DNA from: Octopus sinensis | Lineage: Eukaryota | Length of the DNA stretch: 64,000 bases | Reading direction: 5' to 3' | Assembly: GCF_006345805.1 (NCBI RefSeq) | Contig: NC_042997.1 | Span: 188,356,001 to 188,420,000 of the forward strand | Shown: in pieces, positions 11,891 through 23,685 of the stretch | How the letters are laid out: each line of letters opens with the position of its first letter | Position numbering within the stretch: position 1 is the first letter of the stretch | Position numbers and translations under genes: made by a program | The notes under the pieces: model-generated | Seen by the model: only the letters and a program-made list of their open reading frames with translations | Databases searched by the model: none | What the model was told of the DNA's origin: nothing

Positions 11891-12499
11891 GATATTCATC
11901 TGTTCACTTAGTCTAAGGCATAACTTAGTTGACAGTCTGATGACGTTCTCTAAAATAGCCAAGCATTATATCCAAGAAGAATTTCATCTCATGTCTATTT
12001 CATGTCACAAAACTGCAGTTGAATGCCTAGCTATAAAATTTAATCTGGAAGGTGTTTTTTGCCAAACTCTTTCCCTTTGATTTTTGTTACTCATTTTTGT
12101 TAGTTGCACTGGGTTTAATCCCAAATTTTATACTAAGCACTGCAAATGGTTATTGAACATTCACATTCCTTAGTTTCATCTCAATGATGTCAAATTCATT
12201 GTTTTTTCTTCCATTCTTTCTATTTGAGAATTCTCTCATGGACTATGATCTACAAGATAGAAAATAGGAACCCTCTTTCTCCCTGGGACTCAGACTGCAC
12301 CACCACTGATCATACAGTTGTCAACCTTATTAATGGAAAGTATATACTGTACTACAATATACAGTATTCATATTTATTCCCTAAAGTATTGCTCTTCATT
12401 TGATTTTATGTATATATATTGCATTGTGTGTAAAATAACAAAATAATGTGGATGGAGAGCCTCTTACAATACAAAAAGAGAAAACTTAAATAACCATTA

Positions 12500-12653
12500 T
12501 ATGGGTGTGTGGTAAGAAGCTTGCTTCCCAACCACATGGTTCAAGGTTCAATCCCACTGAGTGGCATCTTGGGCAAGTGTCTTCTACTATAGCCTCAGGC
12601 TGACCAAAGCCTTGTGAGTGGATCTGGTAGGCAGAAACTGAAAGAAGCCCCTC

Positions 12654-12655
<2 letters not shown>
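12500..12655 (+). mobile_element. Head half of the microsatellite-containing SINE
   Basis: gtgtggtaagaagcttgcttcccaaccacatggtt...gaaagaagccc then (TA)n. Confidence 0.75.
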
Positions 12656-12692
<37 letters not shown>

Positions 12693-12819
12693 TAGATAAA
12701 TATAGCAGCTACATGCAATATAAAACCATAAAAGAAAGAAAAGGCACTCAACACTTTTTCTTTTGATGGTCTACTCATTTATACAAGCGCTCCAGACCAT
12801 TTTGAGTTTCATCTGCAAA

Positions 12820-13090
12820 TGTCTGATAAACAATTTGTAATGGAGAGACAGCCACTGTCATACTCATTGACGAACATCCAAATATCATCAAGGAAAATAT
12901 ATTTGATAAGGCTCCCAGAGAAACTGAAAGTGCCATCAAGCCTAAGTGCTGGAAGGCTTTCTTCTTTGAGAATCCCTCCATTCCTACATCTGCAAACAAG
13001 TTTGGCTTTAAATCCAGAGCCTGAACAAGCTGAGCTTTTGTAAAAAGCATGTGAAACTTCAAGACCCATGGAGCTGTATCAAACTGTTTT
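12820..13090 (+). pseudogene. Frameshifted N-terminal ORF fragment of a Penelope-like retroelement
   Basis: YSLTNIQISSRKIYLIRLPEK, a frameshift, then TESAIKPKCWKAFFFENP...NKFGFKSR. Resembles the YSxKNIPIP...KRMRWKAxFF...FGFKS N-terminus of invertebrate PLE proteins (recalled, not searched). Confidence 0.55.
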
Positions 13091-13099
13091 CAATGATAA

Positions 13100-13310
13100 T
13101 CCTTTCTACTATAGGCACAAGGCCAGAAACTTTGGGAGAAGAGTTAAGTCGATTACACAGACCCCAGTATTCAATTAGTACTTAATTTATTGACCCCGAA
13201 AGGATGAAAGGCAAAGTCAACCCAGGCAGAATTTGAACTCAGAGCATAAAGATAGACAAAATGCTGCTAAACACCCAAAACGCTAACTATTCTGTCAGCT
13301 AGGTGCTTTA
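13100..13310 (-). mobile_element. TTCTGAGTTCAAAT SINE
   Basis: Family similarity. Confidence 0.75.
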
Positions 13311-13346
13311 ATAATAATAATAATAATAATAATGTATGTGTGTATC

Positions 13347-13374
<28 letters not shown>

Positions 13375-13377
<3 letters not shown>

Positions 13378-14229
13378 GGTCTGCTCAATATGTATCCGGA
13401 CTGTTGCTATAGTAACAAAGCTAAAGGACAGAGAGTGAAGCTGCTTGGTACAGATTGACCTTGAACTCTGCTCTGCTTGTGCACTAAGGTTTAACATTCT
13501 AGCTCACTTCCGCTGTTTACAGCAGTGCTTGGAAGGAAGGTGTGTAGCATGTGATTGTCGCACTGACCAGAGATTCTGCATCAAATTCTGCTAAAAGCTT
13601 GGCGATACCTGTTCAGAGGCCTATGCAAGGTTTTCAAAAAGTTTTCATTGTTCTCAACACAATCAAGGAGATCTTGTGCAACTGAAACCCAAGTGTCTTG
13701 TTGGTTAGCTGATAGTAGTTTTGGCACAAACTTGGCAGACATGTATCTCATACCCAAATCTTCAGTGATCATGGACTGAACTGAACCATAACTAGTCTGC
13801 ACATCCTCTGATAACTCAATGATGGTGATTTGATGATCTCCCCTCAGAGCTGCACACACATCTGCAATGTTTTTCTGTTCTGCTGATTGCAAGTCTCCCA
13901 GAACATTTGTCAATATCAACATTTTTTCGGCCATCTTGGTAACATCTGAAACACTCACACACTTGTGTGTGGTACACTCCTCTCCATACAGTTTTTACAA
14001 CTTTCTTTAGGTCTCTGAACAGATATTGCCATAACATCTTTCTGTCATGGTCAATGTGATGATTAAACGCTACACACCTTCCTACCAAGCACTGCTGTAA
14101 ACAGCAGAACTGAACTAGAACAATAAAACTTAGTGCACATGCACAGCAGAGTTCAAAGTCAAGTTTTACTCTGAGTGCTCTAGTTTCATTACTATGGCAA
14201 CAGTCTGGATACTTATTGTTCAGACCTCG
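13375..14229 (-). mobile_element. Non-autonomous mariner derivative with about 250-bp inverted arms and an N-terminal transposase fragment
   Basis: Ends CGAGGTCTG next to TA. Peptide GRLAISRTE/NIADV..LRGDHQITIIELSEDV..SYGSVQSMITEDLGMRYMSAKFVPKLLS (HTH plus WVP-like motif). Confidence 0.85.
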
Positions 14230-14303
14230 TATATATGCACATATACATGTATATATTAGAAGAAATGCCTGGCTTACTGATAATCGGTGGACCTGTGCAG
14301 TTG

Positions 14304-14450
14304 TCAAGTGGTACCCGTGTGAGTGGAAATGACCACTTGGAAGGCCTCCACGACGGTGGAGTTACAATTTCAGGAGGATGGTTGGGATCACGTGGATGAG
14401 AAAGGCGCGATCCAGAGAGGAGTGGACAGACTGGTCGGTCAAGGTGATCA
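14304..14450 (+). mobile_element. RTE/BovB-type LINE C-terminal fragment
   Basis: KWYPCEWK*PLGRPPRRW...GITWMRKARSREEW. Confidence 0.65.
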
Positions 14451-14689
14451 AGGTGATATTGGAAGAAATAAGGTACTCAGAAATCTGGATGGTTTTATAT
14501 TTACAGATTTTTATTAATATGTCACATGTTTTTATAAATCATATATTAGCACTTGCATCTACTCTAGTATAATCTCAAGTACCTTATTTCTTCTAATATA
14601 TATATACCTGTACATCACCTCTAAACCTTCTAATACATATATATATATATATTTATGCATATATACAATATATATGTATGTATATGTAT

Positions 14690-14900
14690 AGTCGCCATGA
14701 TAGATCATTAGCCACTACACACATTTTTTTCTCTCCTTGTTTCTCTCCTTGTTTTTTTCTGTAGTGTCCCTTTCTGTAGAAGAGTATAGGCTCGAAACGT
14801 AAATTTTTTTCTATTCCTGAGCGTTATACTAATACCTCTGTTTGTTTTGTACACCACCTGTCTTCTTCTTTATTTTTTTTTCGTAAATTCTCCCTATATA
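14690..14900 (+). mobile_element. Second copy of the 8023-8195 repeat
   Basis: Reverse-complement similarity to 8023-8195. Confidence 0.65.
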
Positions 14901-15510
14901 TGTATATTAACATGTGTGTCTGAATGTGTGTGTGTAATCATGCATAGGTACAAAACCACAATTTTGGGGTGAGGAGTTGAAGGTACAGTCAATTAAGATC
15001 AACCTCAGTTTTTCCCTGGTTGTTATTTTATCAACTCTGGGACAATGAAAGGCAAAGTTCGTTTTGGTGTGATTTTGAAGTGAGAGCAGGAAGTGACATA
15101 ACTGTGTAACATAAAGTATCTTGTCTGATGCTCTATTGATTCTGCCAATCAATATATGAACAATTGCTTTTTCTGTTTTTTCTGAAACTTTTGTTTCACA
15201 CCAGTCAAAGATAAAGAAAAATAAAAGAAATCAATAACCAACTTATAAATGTATTGAATATTTTTAAAAGGGATTTTTCTTTCACACTTTTGATAGAAGA
15301 TACATGCCCTGGGTTCCCTAAAGTGGAATTGAATTCAGAACCATGTGGTTGTGCAGCAAATTCTTAACCACACAACTATATTATTAACAGTGGTGTTATA
15401 GATAATGATGTACAAGAATCCTTCACAGGAGATATGTCTTTGAAAATTTTGCAATAATATATTTCCCAATGAGCATGTAAGTCACTGGGAAAACAGATTT
15501 TGTTATAGAA

Positions 15511-15900
15511 TACTCTTTTACTTTTTTACTCTTTTACTTGTTTCTGTTGTTTGACTGTGGCCATGCTGGAGCACCGCCTTTAGTCAAGAAAATTGTCCGC
15601 AGGACTTATTCTTTGGAAGCCTAGTTCTTATTCTATCGGTCTTTTTTGCCGAACTGCTAAGTTATGGGGATGTAAACACACCACCATCGGTCATCAAGTG
15701 ATGCTGGGGGGACAAACACAAACACACACACACACACATATATATACATATATACGACGGGCTTCTTTTAGTTTTCGTCTACCAAATCCACTCACAAGGC
15801 TTTGGTCGGCCCGAGGCTATAGTAGAAGACACTTGCCCAAGGTGCCATGCAGTGGAACTGAACCCGAACCATGTGGCTGGTAAGCAAGCTACTTACCAGA
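15511..15900 (-). mobile_element. Microsatellite-containing tRNA SINE
   Basis: Near-full copy. Confidence 0.85.
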
Positions 15901-16290
15901 ATTGTATGTTTTTTTTCTTTTTGTGTTTTTCCTTTTTATTTCATTAGTTGTATATAAATTTTAAAGTACAAGGAAGTTGCATAAAAAATGGTATGATACA
16001 TTATTTACAAAGTAGAGAATAAAAAAAACTCTTGGGAATGGAATGAAATAGTTCATTATTGAGAATGCACTATTCGGGCTAGTGAGGCCATTGAGAATAA
16101 TTATAGTAAAAAACTATCATCATTTTCATGAAGGCCTGCGAAAAAATTACTTTATATAAAGTCAATTTTAATCTTATTTACAAATTTCAAATTATGTTAC
16201 ATCAAGATTTTCAGGAAAGCAATGTTTCCATATTGTGAGGGAAGACTGTAGTTGATTAAATGCTCCAAATACAGAATGATTAGAACCTCT

Positions 16291-16686
16291 CTTTTACTCT
16301 TTTACTCTTTTACTTGTTTCAGTCATTTGACTGTGGCCATGCTGGAGCACCGCCTTTAATCGAGCAACTTGAACCCGGGGACTTATTCTTTTGTAAGCCC
16401 AGTACTTATTCTATCGGTCTCTTTTGCCAAACCGCTAAGTAATGGGGACATAAACACACCAGCATTGGTTGTCAAGCAATGCTAGCGGGACAAACACAGA
16501 CACACAAACACACACATGCATATACATATATACGACGGGCTTCTTTCAGTTTCCGTCTACCAAATCCACTCACAAGGCTTTGGTCGGCCCGAGGCTATAG
16601 TAGAAGACACTTGCCCAAGGTGCCACGCAGTGGGACTGAACCCAGAACCATGTGGCTGGTAAACCACACAGCCACTCCTGCGCCTA
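16291..16686 (-). mobile_element. Microsatellite-containing tRNA SINE
   Basis: Near-full copy. Confidence 0.85.
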
Positions 16687-16721
16687 TTAAATGTTATAGG
16701 GCCAATAAAATATCCTTAACA

Positions 16722-17030
16722 TGATCGTTACCAGTGTCACCTTACTGGCACCTGTGCCAGTGGCATGTGTAAAAAGATTCGAGCGAGGTCATTGCCAGTA
16801 CCGCCTGACTGGCCCCCGTGCCGGTGGCAAGTAAAAAGCACCCACTACACTCTCAGAGTGGTTGGCGTTAGGAAGGGCATCCATCTGTAGAAACTCTGCC
16901 GGATCAAGATTGGAGCCTGGTGCAGCCATCTGGTTCGCCAGCCCTCAGTCAAAATAGTCTAACCCATGCTAGCATGGAAAATGGACGTTAAACAATGATG
17001 ATGATGCTGCTGATGAGGATGATGATGACT
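16722..17030 (+). mobile_element. RTE LINE 3' end with (ATG)n tail
   Basis: Family similarity. Confidence 0.8.
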
Positions 17031-17549
17031 AAGGCTGTTTCAGCAAGCATCACCTTAGAGGGGCCAATAAATCAACATACTAGACATACATAAGCTGTTT
17101 ATGTACTTGGCTTTGTACCTATGTAGAAAGAAACCTTAGGATAAGAAATAGTCTGCAACAGCTTAGTGGATGGTGTTTCTTAAAAGTTTCTGATAATTGC
17201 CAAATGAATCTTGGACATTTACTTGATATTAGACCAAGAAGGAAATAAAATAGAATCACTTGGCAAAGTTCTGTGATAACTGAAAATTAGCAAGTAGATA
17301 GTTTATAAGGATGACATGGAAAATTCACAGAGAGACTGATATAACTATCTAAACACCAGATAATTACTACAGCTGGTTTATCACACAAATATAACTGTGA
17401 GTATATCAATCTTCACAAGAGTGAAGTAGGAGTCTGATCTTAATAATCCTTATCAGTTAGATTTCCTGTGTTTGGTATAAGGTGGGATGCTTCCAATTAT
17501 TAAGAAAATGTTCTAGCATTGCTTGTAAAAGTATGAATAACCGTCTATG

Positions 17550-17805
17550 TTGCAGGTTCGAATCTCAGATTGGGTGATGTGTGTGTTTATGAGCGAAACA
17601 CCTAAGCTCCATGCGGCTCCGGCAGGAGGTAATGGTGAACTTCTGCTGACTCTTTTGTCACAACTTTCTCTCATTCTTTCCTACTGCATCTTGCAGCTCA
17701 CTTGTGACGGACTGGTGTCCTGTCCAGGTGGGAAACCTATACGCCAAGGAAATCGGGAAACCGGCCCTTATGAGCCAAGCATGGCTTGAGAAGGAACAAA
17801 CAAAA
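17550..17805 (+). mobile_element. SINE of a further family
   Basis: ggttcgaatc B-box, gtgacggactggtgtcctgtccagg 3' domain, A-rich tail. Confidence 0.55.
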
Positions 17806-17875
17806 ACATAACCATCTATGTAGTTGGTTAAAAACATCTAAGGAAAGCCATTAGTAATAATATGATTAATTAATA

Positions 17876-18200
17876 AGTGCAGGCATGGCTGTGTGGTATG
17901 AAGTTTGCTTCCTAGCCTCATGGTTCTGCGTTCAGTCCTACTGTGTGGTACCTTGGGCAAGTGTCTTCACTATAGCCTGAGGCTGACTAAAGCCTTATGA
18001 GTGAATTTGGTAGACAGAAACTGAAAGAAGCCCATTGTATATATATATATATATATATGTGTGTGTTTGTGTGTATCTTTTGTATCTCTGTTTGTTCCCC
18101 ACCACTACTTCACTGCTAGTATTGTTGTGTTTTACATTCCCATAACTTAGTGGTTCAGCAAAAGAGACTGAATGAATTAGCACCACATTAAAAAAAGTAC
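17876..18200 (+). mobile_element. Microsatellite-containing tRNA SINE
   Basis: Family similarity. Confidence 0.8.
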
Positions 18201-18211
18201 TGGGGTCAATT

Positions 18212-19800
18212 CATCATTATCATCATCATCATCATCGTTTAATGTCTGTTTTCCATGCTAGCAGGGGTTGGACAGTTTGATGTGAAGCTGACCAGCTGAG
18301 GAACTATCTAGACTCCAATTTTTTGTTGTGGCATGGATGCCCTTCAGCTGGATGCCCTTCCTAAAATCAACCACTTAACAAAATGTGCTGGGTGCTTTTT
18401 ATGTGTTACTGTCACAGGTGCACATCTGCAGCACTGTGTCAGTGTAGCACTTGCATAGGTACATTTTATGTGGCACAAGCACTGGTAAAGGACAAGCCTG
18501 TATGTATGGAAAACAGTGATTGTACTTAGTTTGACTTGTCTTTTCAAATCCCCACAACTCCCAGTCCCTTGTAATTTCCTCAATGAAGCCCAGCATCCAA
18601 AGATCCTTTCTCACCATTTTGTCCCATATCTTCCTGGGTCCACCCATTCCACAGGTTCCTCCACAATTAGAGCTGGTACTTCTTTACGCAGCTGTCCTCA
18701 TCCATACACATCACATGATCAAACCAGTACAGTCGTCTCTCTTGTACATAATCTCTGATGCCTCTTACACCCAGTTTTCTTCTTAAATCATTTACACTCT
18801 GCTGTGTATGTACACTGACATTACTCATCCAGTAGAGCATGTTGACTTCATTTCTTTGAAGCCCTCACAAGTTCTCTGAATTCAAAGCCCATGTTTTACT
18901 GCCATGTAACATAGCTGTGTATACACAGGCATCATACAACCTGCCTTTTGCTCTGAGAGAAAGGCCCTTAGTTACCAACAAAGGTAGAAGCTCTCTGAAC
19001 TTTGCCCAACCTGTTCTTATTCTAACAACTACACTTTCAGAAGTTCCTCTTCCACTGTTAACTTGGTCTCCTAGGTAACAGAAGCTATCTATTTCTTTTG
19101 ATGATCCCTGTAAGCATTTGAGGGAATCTATTGTCTGCGCACTTTTAGTGCTTACTGTATCCACACATTTGCCACACACAAAGACTATTTTCTTTGTTAA
19201 CTTTCTTGTGATACTGCTATACCTCTTATGTGTTCAAAGCTTGCAATGGGTACAATGTAGGGAGTTTCTACCAACACACTTCTTACATATCGAGCAGGGC
19301 CATCTCTCTGAAGAGACTTGTGATTTGTTTGTTTTCCTACTTACTAGGACTTTGGTTTTTACTAAATTAACTGTAAGGCCCTTAGATTCCAAGCTTAGCT
19401 TCCACACCTGAAATTTCTTCTCTAGGTCAGGTAATGATTCAGCTATAGGAACAAAGTCATCTGCATAGAAGAGCTCCCAGGGGCAGCCAGTCTTGAATTC
19501 CTCTGTTAAGGCTTGGAGGACTAAGATAAACAAGAGGGGACTGAAAACTGAACCTTGGTGAACTCCTACCTGTGCACTGAATTCATTGTTATACTCATTG
19601 CCAACACTTAATTTACTGGCAGCATCCCTGTACATGGCCTGTACAGCTCTCACTAACCACTCAGCCATCTCTAGCTTCTGCATTGACCACGAGAAAAGGG
19701 AGCAAGGGACTCTGTCAAAGGCTTTCTCCATGTTAACAAAAGCCAGGTACAGAGGTTAATTTTGGGCTAAATATTTCTCCTGAAGTTGCCTTACCAGGAA
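18212..19800 (-). mobile_element. Degenerate RTE-clade LINE: RT domain with inserted PHD finger, C-terminus, 3' UTR and (ATG)n tail
   Basis: LYLAFVNMEKAFDRVP, GVHQGSVFSPLLF, ELFYADD, DSFCYLGD, LYDACVYTAMLHGSKTW; several stops and frameshifts. Confidence 0.92.
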
Positions 19801-19802
19801 TA

Positions 19803-21228
19803 GAGGGCAATTCCATCATAACTGACACAACATTTACAAGAATTTTTTAAAACTAGTAATGTTCTGGCATGTCACTTACTGAAATGTAATGACCCATGAA
19901 TACTTTAACTGCTGTGGCCCATAAATATTGTTACATATGTATTGTAATTCTATGTTTGAACAAGCTTGTCTTAGAAAGAATAAATACTTGCGTAACTGAT
20001 GCAACGAAAAAAGATATGATACCTGATTTGATGGTACTTATGCTGGAAACCCTATGCCAAAAATTTACCTGTGCAAACAATTTATATATCAAAAGAAACC
20101 TGAAGTGGTATGGATGTTATACAGGTTGTCATTTTCAACGCTATTGTTTAATACATGCTGTAGAGCCTTTGGTAAAATATAACTGATGCAATAGGCACAT
20201 GTAACTGATGCAACATTTCCACCCAGAAATGTGTAACAATTAGTATTCCATATTTCGCTGCCTTGACTGGCTTCCGTGCTGGTGGCATGTTAAAAGCACC
20301 AACCGATTGTGGCCGATGCCAGACTCCTCTGGCACCTGTGCTGGTGGCACGTAAAAAGCACCCACTACACTCGCGAAGTGGTTGGTGTTAGGAATTGCAT
20401 CCAGCTGTAGAAACACTGCCAGATGGTGCAGCCCCTGGCTTCCCAGACCCCGGTCAAACCGTCCAACTCGTGCTAGCGCAGAAAACAGACGTTAAACTAT
20501 GATGATGATTTTTATTTTAATCAATCAGGAACATAAGAAATTGATCAAAAGGTAAAAACACACACTATGTATTCAAAATGTGTGCTGCACTTGAACACAA
20601 AGTTCTAAATAATGTTTCTTGAAGCTTGTTGTAGCACATGCATAATGTCTTAGATAATTCTATCTAGACATTTTACATGCATTGCAGGTAACTGTGAGAG
20701 CCCTACAATACAGTAAGCTTCTGATCTTAATGTGACTGAAATTTCCATGGACACTGCACAAGCAGGGACATGTAATTGAAAATGTAAAGTACTGTGTATA
20801 AGAATAAAATTCTCCCTTACAGTATGTCATAATGGTTGCATTGGTTTAAAGTAATTATTTGTCAGGATTTTGTAAACTAAACTTATAATGCCAAAATGTA
20901 ACTGACACAACAAATTCTAATGGCCACAGTAAATTCTGTTTTTGTTAACAAACAGGATAATCTTCCAAAAGATGTATCTTTGCAAGATGGAAAGTTAATT
21001 TTTTTCCAGGATGAAACTGGATTCCTACCTTTTGTCTTTGCAGTCAAATTGTCATCTTCTGGACTGAAAAGATGGCTGTCCTGGTCACATGACAATAATC
21101 CTGCAGAAACGTTTTTTTACTTTTTTTAATCCTATTGGCTTATGGGAACACAAAAAATACATAAATCATGGTAGCACAGTTTTATTGTAATTTTTGAGTA
21201 TTTGTCTCCCTTTGTGTTGAATTGCCCC
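19803..21228. mobile_element. About 1.4-kb DNA-transposon-like insertion with GGGCAATTC terminal inverted repeats
   Basis: Interrupts the LINE exactly between TDA and FLVRQ; five TAACTGAYRCAA subterminal motifs. Confidence 0.6.
20265..20510 (+). mobile_element. RTE LINE 3' end nested in the DNA transposon
   Basis: Family similarity, (ATG)n tail. Confidence 0.75.
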
Positions 21229-21465
21229 ATGGCATCAGTCATGCTCCCACCTGGCACAAATCCAAGCTATATCTCATCTACACTAACTCTCTTCCTAATT
21301 AATTGATCTATGACCCTTTTTGTGACTTTTATCCCCTGGTTCAGCAAGTTGATGCCTCTGTAATTATTTCTCTCTAAGGGATCACCTTTATGCCGCTACA
21401 CCAATCATTGGGTATGACTCCCTCTTGACAATCTGATTAACTATATGGGTGACTAGGCCGGCCAA
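21229..21465 (-). mobile_element. Upstream RT portion of the same RTE LINE
   Basis: THIVNQIV...IPNDW...KGDPLERNNYRGINLL...RVSVDEI*LGFVPGGSMTDA. Confidence 0.75.
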
Positions 21466-21899
21466 AATCTAATGATGGCAACAAGTAAAAAATAAATGAT
21501 AATTAAAATACTTACTCTAAATCTTTTAAAATATTTCTGTATTTTAAGTAAAAATTAAATTAATTGATTCCTCTGTTACTCTTGTAATATTTTAACTCAT
21601 AGTATATATATGATGCAGCACAAAGCTTTGTCAGTGAACAGGTCGCGGTCTCAAAGCGATGAAAATATTTTGACAAATTAAATTTAAATATTGCAGTGAA
21701 TCTAACGGTTTTGTGTGTTTTTTAAATGGCTTATAAACACCTTCTACACTGCAATTGTTATATATATATATATATATAATATAGGTAGATATTTAGATCA
21801 TCAAAAATTGCTTTGTTGCAATTGTTAAAGTCTTTGGCCTTATTTTAAGCACCATGAAGCTAAAGCTGTTTCACCAGATATGCATAGATATGGTATTTG

Positions 21900-22090
21900 T
21901 TGGTAAACATGCAGTGTTTTGCATACCTCAGAACTCCAAGATAGCAGTGTGCCCTTAAGCTGTCTCATTATCTTGCCATAGTTATATGAGGCTAAAATCA
22001 AATGGGATGTCTATGATGCAGTGGTACTTCTTGCATTGCTCTATGCAGTGAAATATTGGACACTATACAGGAAACAAACATGAGTTCTTA
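21900..22090 (+). mobile_element. RTE/BovB-type LINE fragment
   Basis: KIKWDVYDAVVLLALLYAVKYWTLYR. Confidence 0.55.
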
Positions 22091-22111
22091 ATAGTCTATG
22101 GCTACATTGTA

Positions 22112-22325
22112 TGAGCTGGACTGAAAAATTCCTGGCTTTGGGTAAAAGAAAATACAAGAGGATCAGTTAATTATGATTTTATTCCACATATTTCCCTCTC
22201 AGATTCACACACATTGCAACTGTCTTTCAGTTTTTCTAAGCCCTATAAAAGCACTTAGAAGGTTGGGCCTCCAATCAGACCTTTTGTGATACCCTTAAAA
22301 CCAGAAACTTTTCAATTCCACTTCA
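22112..22325. mobile_element. Mariner-type MITE
   Basis: TA-flanked imperfect terminal inverted repeats of about 28 bp; partial paralogue near 26770-26850. Confidence 0.55.
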
Positions 22326-22604
22326 TACATGGAGCGATAAGATTATGAAAAGCAGTATCCTTAACTAGTGTGAAATAAGTAGGGTCCAAACCTTCGAGTT
22401 ATAGCATGGCACTATTGGCTGGTCATGTAAAAGAATATCAAAGTAAAGTAAGGTGTGGTGGTTAATTATAATGAAATACTTATGTATCAGGGCAATGATT
22501 TTTTACAGCTCATTCCTGCAAACCATCTTACCCGTTACGATATAAGTAATTTCTTACCTAGTTGGACTAATGATAAACAGAATAAATTTTTAAGATCTGT
22601 TCTT

Positions 22605-22830
22605 TTAATCCTTTAGCATTCAGATTACTCGGTCAAATGTAATGTTTATATATTCACATTGTTTTAAATTACTCATGCATTCTCTAGTAGCTCTCAGATT
22701 TCAGTGATGTGATTGCTTATGTTTAGAATTACAATGTTGGGTAGGTGAGAGGCTTGATATGGCCAGTTTGAACATAAAACAGGAAGAATATTTGGACCAG
22801 ATATGGCCAGTTTAAATGCTAAATGGTTAA
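22605..22830 (+). mobile_element. Second TTAA MITE family (CCTTTAGCATT ends)
   Basis: TTAA at both ends; paralogue at 57735-57950. Confidence 0.7.
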
Positions 22831-22951
22831 TATGATTATTTCTTTTGACTTGTAACAAATACGAATGTTCCTAACGAAAAAAGAAACAAGACTGTGTTGT
22901 ATGTGTGTGTGTGTGTGTGTAATGAACTTATTGTATACAGTACTCAGTACT

Positions 22952-23285
22952 GGCGCATGACTCAGTGGTTAGAGCGTCGAGCTTACGATTGTGAGGTTGT
23001 GAGTTCGAATCCTGGACTGGGCTGCATGTTGTGTTCTTGAGCAAGACACTTTATTTCACATTGCTCCAGATCACTCAGCTGTAGAAATGAGTTGCGATGT
23101 CACAGGTGCCAAGCTGTATCAGCCTTTACCTTTCCCTTGGATAACACTGGTGGCGTGGAGAGGGGAGGCCGGTATGCATAAGCGACTGCTGATTTTCCAT
23201 AAACAACTTTGCCCGGACTTGTGCCTTGGAGGGTAACTTTCTAGGTGCAATCCCATTGTCAGTCATGACCGAAGGGGTCTCAGCA
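22952..23285 (+). mobile_element. tRNA-derived SINE with a well-preserved tRNA-like head
   Basis: A-box tgactcagtggtt, B-box gagttcgaatcc, followed by the ttgagcaagacacttt core. Confidence 0.75.
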
Positions 23286-23685
23286 ACTTAGTGCACTAAA
23301 GGACTATTCAGTAGTTCAAGAAAAGCAATATGGTTATAACCAGCAATTTAAGACACGATCTTGAGTTTGGTTCACCAGGAATTTACATCATATTCTATTG
23401 CATGTGCACCTTCAAGTTATTTTGCTTATAAAATCACTTTCTTATTACACTTGGTCCAAAACAATTATTAATTTCAAGCTTAAAATAAATACCAGCAACA
23501 AACTAATATCAGTGAATATTAATGTTTTTTCACAAAAGAGGTGCAACATGTATTTGATCGGCAAATATTGTTGGCAGCTGGTTAATTTTTTTAATGACAA
23601 TCTTGTAAATATAATTTGGATGTGATAGCATTTTTATCTCCAGATATTTAACAAAATGTCTCCACTGTTCTTACTTAAAGAAACT

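Noticed and set aside
12775-13069. Overlapping 95-aa and 86-aa minus-strand ORFs as a host gene
   Set aside because: Better explained as the antisense of a frameshifted Penelope-like ORF on +.
21029-21100. Phase 1-1 exon-like segment on minus (GLLSCDQDSHLFSPEDDNLTAKTK) with good AG/GT
   Set aside because: It lies inside the DNA-transposon-like insertion that splits a LINE, and no partner exons were found.
22952-23030. tRNA-Val(TAC)-like cloverleaf
   Set aside because: The acceptor stem is not complementary and it runs directly into a SINE core shared with 1022-1300; it is a SINE head, not a tRNA gene.
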